64,000 bases of DNA. It comes from a virus. The notes below the pieces were generated by a model. That model searched no databases. It was not told where the DNA came from and saw nothing but the letters and a program-made list of their open reading frames with translations. The DNA lies in IMG/VR virus record IMGVR_UViG_3300023184_000062, positions 1 through 64,000 of that record. One strand, given 5' to 3'. The position numbers and the translations under genes are program-made. This document shows, piece by piece, positions 60,084 to 64,000 of this stretch; positions within the stretch are counted from its first letter, which is position 1; each line of letters starts with the position of its first letter.

Positions 60084-60424
60084 TGGAAGCTGTAGTAGAA
60101 ACAACAGTATGGTCGGGTGATGTTCAGCCCAATCATAAATATTTGCTTGATGGTACCAAAGTACTTGCGTATATCAAGCAGGGTTCTACTACGCCACTCT
60201 ATCTCAAAACTCCATTGACAATTGACAAGCGTGGTCGTAAGTTTGCCCCACTAAAAACAAATCCTTTCAAAAAGGTCAAAGAAAAGAGTACAATCGTCAA
60301 AGTGTCCGGTAGCAAGGGTCAGGTGTACTCTATTGACACAGAAGAAAAGTCATGCACTTGTCCTGGATATACATTCCGTGGCGCTTGCAAACATTTATCA
60401 GAGTTGACAACAAATGGTGTTTAG
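60083..60424 (+). CDS. SWIM zinc-finger protein
   Basis: SGSKG..Y......SCTCPG..FRG.CKH. Confidence 0.8.
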   Translation: MEAVVETTVWSGDVQPNHKYLLDGTKVLAYIKQGSTTPLYLKTPLTIDKRGRKFAPLKTNPFKKVKEKSTIVKVSGSKGQVYSIDTEEKSCTCPGYTFRGACKHLSELTTNGV

Positions 60425-60475
60425 TGTATTATAAGGGCTTAATCATTATTGATTAAGACTTTACAGGACCTATAT

Positions 60476-61057
60476 ATGACATACATTGCTACAAAACTTG
60501 ATTACATTCAATCACTGATTGATGAGGGAAATACTGTCGTTGTACAAAATCAAAGATACAACTGGGCAGGATCTGTGCATCGTGTGATTACTGAAAAAGA
60601 TAAAGATATGGGTGAGGGCTTCTTTATCTCTGAGTGGTGGCATAAACCTGCTAGGAAGCCTGGCAAGATTGGACCATACAGTAAAAAAGCAATTGATAAA
60701 TTGCATATCGTAAAACTTAGTGACAAGCATTATGAAGTTTATCATAGTGAAAAAGATTATCTAACTAAGCCACGCATTGAAAAGACTAGTAAATGGTATG
60801 ATGATTTGGAAGCAGATAAAAAACTTAATGCTTTCACATATTTTTATACATACACTCTTTCAAATCCCAATGAACGTCTAAAGAAGAATCGTGTTAGAAA
60901 TTCAGGCGTATCTATGTCAGGCCCAACTGAGCCAGACTTGAATGAAGTATTTGATAGAGTATCTAATTATACAAAACACTTAGGTGTAGTATCAAACTTG
61001 AAACTTGAGTGTGTGCGTACTTGGGAAGAAGAAAACACACATCAACTTGCGAGATAA
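60476..61057 (+). CDS. Hypothetical protein
   Basis: Promoter at 60404, AGGA SD. Confidence 0.65.
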   Translation: MTYIATKLDYIQSLIDEGNTVVVQNQRYNWAGSVHRVITEKDKDMGEGFFISEWWHKPARKPGKIGPYSKKAIDKLHIVKLSDKHYEVYHSEKDYLTKPRIEKTSKWYDDLEADKKLNAFTYFYTYTLSNPNERLKKNRVRNSGVSMSGPTEPDLNEVFDRVSNYTKHLGVVSNLKLECVRTWEEENTHQLAR

Positions 61058-61119
61058 TCGGAATTGACAATAAATCAAGTATAGTGTATACTATTATTTT
61101 AATTACTTAGGAGTAGATT

Positions 61120-61488
61120 ATGAACGGATTTGATCGCATACTAGAATTGAAACAGAATGGCGCAACATTGATTTCTCGCTTTTCGGAATACTACGGGCTA
61201 GAGATTTTTGATGTTCATAACCCACATGATAAAAAGTATATGAGTGGGTTGATTATGGAACTGGATGAAGATGACTATCTACTAAATTCTATGGCAGTAG
61301 ATGAAACAGGTGTTCCAATGGAACTAAATATTACACACGAGGAAAACGAAAATATCCCCGTAGGTAAAAAAGCTAGTGTTGTAGGAACATCAATAAGTCA
61401 ATCAGATTTATTGGCATTACATCAAACTGGTCCAAACACATATGATGTTTATATAAATGATAAACAAATGAAAAAAGCATTAAAATGA
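61120..61488 (+). CDS. Hypothetical protein
   Basis: Promoter at 61064, AGGAG SD. Confidence 0.65.
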   Translation: MNGFDRILELKQNGATLISRFSEYYGLEIFDVHNPHDKKYMSGLIMELDEDDYLLNSMAVDETGVPMELNITHEENENIPVGKKASVVGTSISQSDLLALHQTGPNTYDVYINDKQMKKALK

Positions 61489-62327
61489 AAATAGCACTAT
61501 GTAGTGATTTACATTTAGAATTTATGGATATCAACATTCAAAATACAGAGAATGCTGATGTATTAATCTTGTCCGGCGATATTCTTGTAGCCGAGGACCT
61601 GCACAACCATCCTGAAGTGCATCCAATGGACCCAGTTAACATCCCTAACTTGGGTCGCAGACAATCAACTGCATTACGTTTCCGTGACTTTATGAAACGC
61701 TGTAGCTTTCAATTCCCGCATGTAGTAGTAATTGCAGGCAATCACGAATTCTATCATGGTAACTGGAAAGCCAGTATCCAGTACCTGCGTGATGAATATA
61801 GTAAGTTTCCAAACATCTATTTCCTTGAGCAAGAACTTAAGGTCATTAATGATGTGACATTTATTGGTGCAACATTGTGGACTGACTGTAACAAAGGTGA
61901 CCCTCTTACGCTTCATGCATTGGGTGATATGATGAATGACTTTAGAATCATTCGTAATGATGAACTTGGTTTTACTAAGTTACGTCCTGCTCATGCTATG
62001 CATCGCCATCACCGCACACTTGGTTATTTGAAAGCAGTATTGCCTGACTTGAAAGATAAGAAGGTTGTATTTGTTGGTCACCATGCACCTACCTTGAATA
62101 GCATACATGAAAAATATCGCAATGATCAATTGATGAATGGTGGTTATGCTAGTGACTTGAGCGAACTTATACTAGATAATCCACAGATTAAACTTTGGAC
62201 GCATGGTCACATGCATGATCCTTTTGACTACATGGTTGGTGAAACCCGCGTGGTTTGCAATCCTCGTGGTTATGCAGGACATGATGCACAAGCCGATGTG
62301 TTTGAAGTAAAGTTTTTGGACATCTAA
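61485..62327 (+). CDS. Calcineurin-like metallophosphoesterase
   Basis: SDLHLE, SGD, GNHEFY, GHHAP, HGHMH, NPRGY. Confidence 0.92.
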   Translation: MKIALCSDLHLEFMDINIQNTENADVLILSGDILVAEDLHNHPEVHPMDPVNIPNLGRRQSTALRFRDFMKRCSFQFPHVVVIAGNHEFYHGNWKASIQYLRDEYSKFPNIYFLEQELKVINDVTFIGATLWTDCNKGDPLTLHALGDMMNDFRIIRNDELGFTKLRPAHAMHRHHRTLGYLKAVLPDLKDKKVVFVGHHAPTLNSIHEKYRNDQLMNGGYASDLSELILDNPQIKLWTHGHMHDPFDYMVGETRVVCNPRGYAGHDAQADVFEVKFLDI

Positions 62328-62437
62328 GTATGTTGTCTGGGCAACAAAATGTCCAATATATGTTGCATTAACAACAGTATTATTGTATAATTGTTCTACA
62401 TCGTGCGAACGATGAATCATTTAATAAGGAAAACAAA

Positions 62438-62695
62438 ATGACTTTAACTAAACAAGCCCGTGTCCTAGAGGCACTACAATCTGGTGAGCAACTTACCGCA
62501 AAACAAATCGCCGCACGTTTTGGCGTAAAGAACCCAACCGCTACTGTTAGCGACTTGCGTTTCGCTGGTTATGCAGTTTATGCAAACAAGCACACCGACA
62601 CCAAAGGTCGTACTTCTACTAAGTACCGTTTGGGTCGTCCAAGCCGTGAAATCGTAGCTGCTGGCTACAAAGCAATGGCTCTTGGTCTAGTCTAA
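62438..62695 (+). CDS. Winged helix-turn-helix protein
   Basis: LTAKQIAARFGV.NP.ATVSDLR..GY. Confidence 0.75.
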   Translation: MTLTKQARVLEALQSGEQLTAKQIAARFGVKNPTATVSDLRFAGYAVYANKHTDTKGRTSTKYRLGRPSREIVAAGYKAMALGLV

Positions 62696-62715
62696 TCTCG
62701 GGATGAGATGAGCAG

Positions 62716-62742
62716 GAAAGGGTGCATTGCACCCTTTCTTTA
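62716..62742 (+). terminator. Rho-independent terminator
   Basis: GAAAGGGTGCA-T-TGCACCCTTTC followed by T-rich tail. Confidence 0.75.
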
Positions 62743-62788
62743 CTTGTAAAAAAATCAATTTTGTGTTATAATTAACAAAGGAAATAAT

Positions 62789-63013
62789 ATGTATATTACA
62801 CTAACAAACGCAACACCCGCACACCGCGGAAACAAACTAGCAATTGATGGCAAACTAATTGCTACAATTCATAATTCAACTATTACCCGTGAAACAGGTG
62901 AAACTGAAAACGTTACATTCGTTTTTTGTCCACCGCATGGTACTTGGGAAGTTGTTGAATCATTGGAAGAAGTAGTTGCTGAACTTAACAATGATATTTG
63001 GAATCGTAAATGA
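62789..63013 (+). CDS. FlbD-like small protein
   Basis: MYITLT...I....I.TI...VVESLEEVV. Confidence 0.45.
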   Translation: MYITLTNATPAHRGNKLAIDGKLIATIHNSTITRETGETENVTFVFCPPHGTWEVVESLEEVVAELNNDIWNRK

Positions 63014-63291
63014 ACGACCAAACTAGAGAAGTATTGCTAATCCTACAAGAGGAATGCGCTGAGGTAACACAAGCAATTAGCAAATGTTTTCGTTTTGGAC
63101 CTGATCAAATGAAGCCAGGCAAAGATAGAACAAACGTCAATATGCTTGAAGAAGAAATTGGCGATCTATACGCTATGGTTGAATTGCTTGTTGATTTAAA
63201 GATTGGGGTAACCCAAAACGGTATCAGTAAAGCAAAGAAACAGAAATTTGAAAAATTGAAACAATGGTCTAACTTGAAAATTAATAAATAA
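63010..63291 (+). CDS. MazG-like NTP pyrophosphohydrolase
   Basis: QEECAEV.QAISK..RFG...LEEEIGD. Confidence 0.8.
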   Translation: MNDQTREVLLILQEECAEVTQAISKCFRFGPDQMKPGKDRTNVNMLEEEIGDLYAMVELLVDLKIGVTQNGISKAKKQKFEKLKQWSNLKINK

Positions 63292-63295
63292 CATT

Positions 63296-63649
63296 ATGGA
63301 TTACTCTCTTACTTATTTCTTGGATCTTGTTTTTGCCTTCTTATTAGGAGCGTGGATAACTGATAAGATTATTTTTTACAAAATACGTAAAACATTAGAA
63401 GAAGCCGGAGTAGATTTTGAAGATGATGAAGAAGATAAAGTAGAAGTAATTAAAGTTAAGAAATGTTTTGTAGAGAAAATTAACGGATCATTATACCTTT
63501 ACGAACATACTACAAATAGCTTTATTGGTCAAGCTAAATCATTAGATGAACTTGCTATTCTTGCCAAGGATCAGGCCAGAGTTGTAGGGGTAAGTTATAA
63601 TGAAGAAGTACTTTGGTTTGTTGACGGGAAAGTTAGGACTACAATATGA
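63296..63649 (+). CDS. Membrane-anchored hypothetical protein
   Basis: N-terminal TM helix. Confidence 0.65.
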   Translation: MDYSLTYFLDLVFAFLLGAWITDKIIFYKIRKTLEEAGVDFEDDEEDKVEVIKVKKCFVEKINGSLYLYEHTTNSFIGQAKSLDELAILAKDQARVVGVSYNEEVLWFVDGKVRTTI

Positions 63650-64000
63650 AATTAAATATTGGCAAGTTTCCAAAGAAATCTAGTGGGAGACGAAAAATTG
63701 ATATTCAAATTGAAAACCATGATACTTGGAATCTAGACCACACTCTAGCATTGATTATCTATCCAGCCTTGCTTCAACTTAAAGCAACTAAACAAGGGGT
63801 GCCAAGTGAATTTGCCGATGTTGGCGGCGAGAGTAATGGGACGCAAGATAGTTTTGATTTCTACCAAGAAACACATGAAGATGCCTGGAAAGACGGACTA
63901 GAACGCTGGGATGACGCATTAGATAAGATGATATGGTCTTTTGAACAATTGCTTAAAGGTGAATATGATGACCAATATCATCACGGAGATGCCGAATATG
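63646..64000 (+). CDS. Conserved phage protein, 3'-truncated
   Basis: MKLNIGKFPKK...DTWNLDHTLA; open to window end. Confidence 0.7.
   Translation, partial: MKLNIGKFPKKSSGRRKIDIQIENHDTWNLDHTLALIIYPALLQLKATKQGVPSEFADVGGESNGTQDSFDFYQETHEDAWKDGLERWDDALDKMIWSFEQLLKGEYDDQYHHGDAEY

Noticed and set aside
1-64000. Stop-codon reassignment
   Set aside because: Core genes are full length in the standard code with high coding density
1-64000. tRNA genes
   Set aside because: No cloverleaf with T-loop GTTCRA pattern recognised by eye in intergenic gaps; tRNAscan not run

Overview
64 kb of an AT-rich, densely coding, large T4-like/jumbo tailed phage genome in the standard genetic code. The host is probably a Gram-negative aquatic bacterium (inference from lipoproteins and sigma70 promoters). 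The window carries replication and repair genes (PolB, sliding clamp, DsbA-like, RNase H/5' exonuclease, ATP ligase, UvsE), and proteostasis or host-takeover genes (ClpX, ClpP, ClpS, Hsp20, bS21, Dps, TilS). Directly behind polymerase and clamp lies a ~11 kb candidate DNA-hypermodification locus: DpdA/TGT-like, a DpdL-like T-fold protein, FolE, QueD, QueE, two GT-B glycosyltransferases, two nucleotidyltransferases, a kinase and an NDP-sugar epimerase, with no QueC/QueF seen in the window. A set of late, apparently head-packaged modular proteins have modules delimited by a ~19-bp DNA repeat (AAGGTGTGGCGGAAGGCTC, encoding GVAEG), suggesting a cassette-shuffling cargo system. Also present are repeated early-promoter cassettes, TAAATA late promoters, a ROSE-like thermometer, candidate structured RNAs, a GIY-YIG homing endonuclease and several apparent pseudoenzymes. 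All calls come from motif recognition by eye; no searches were run.
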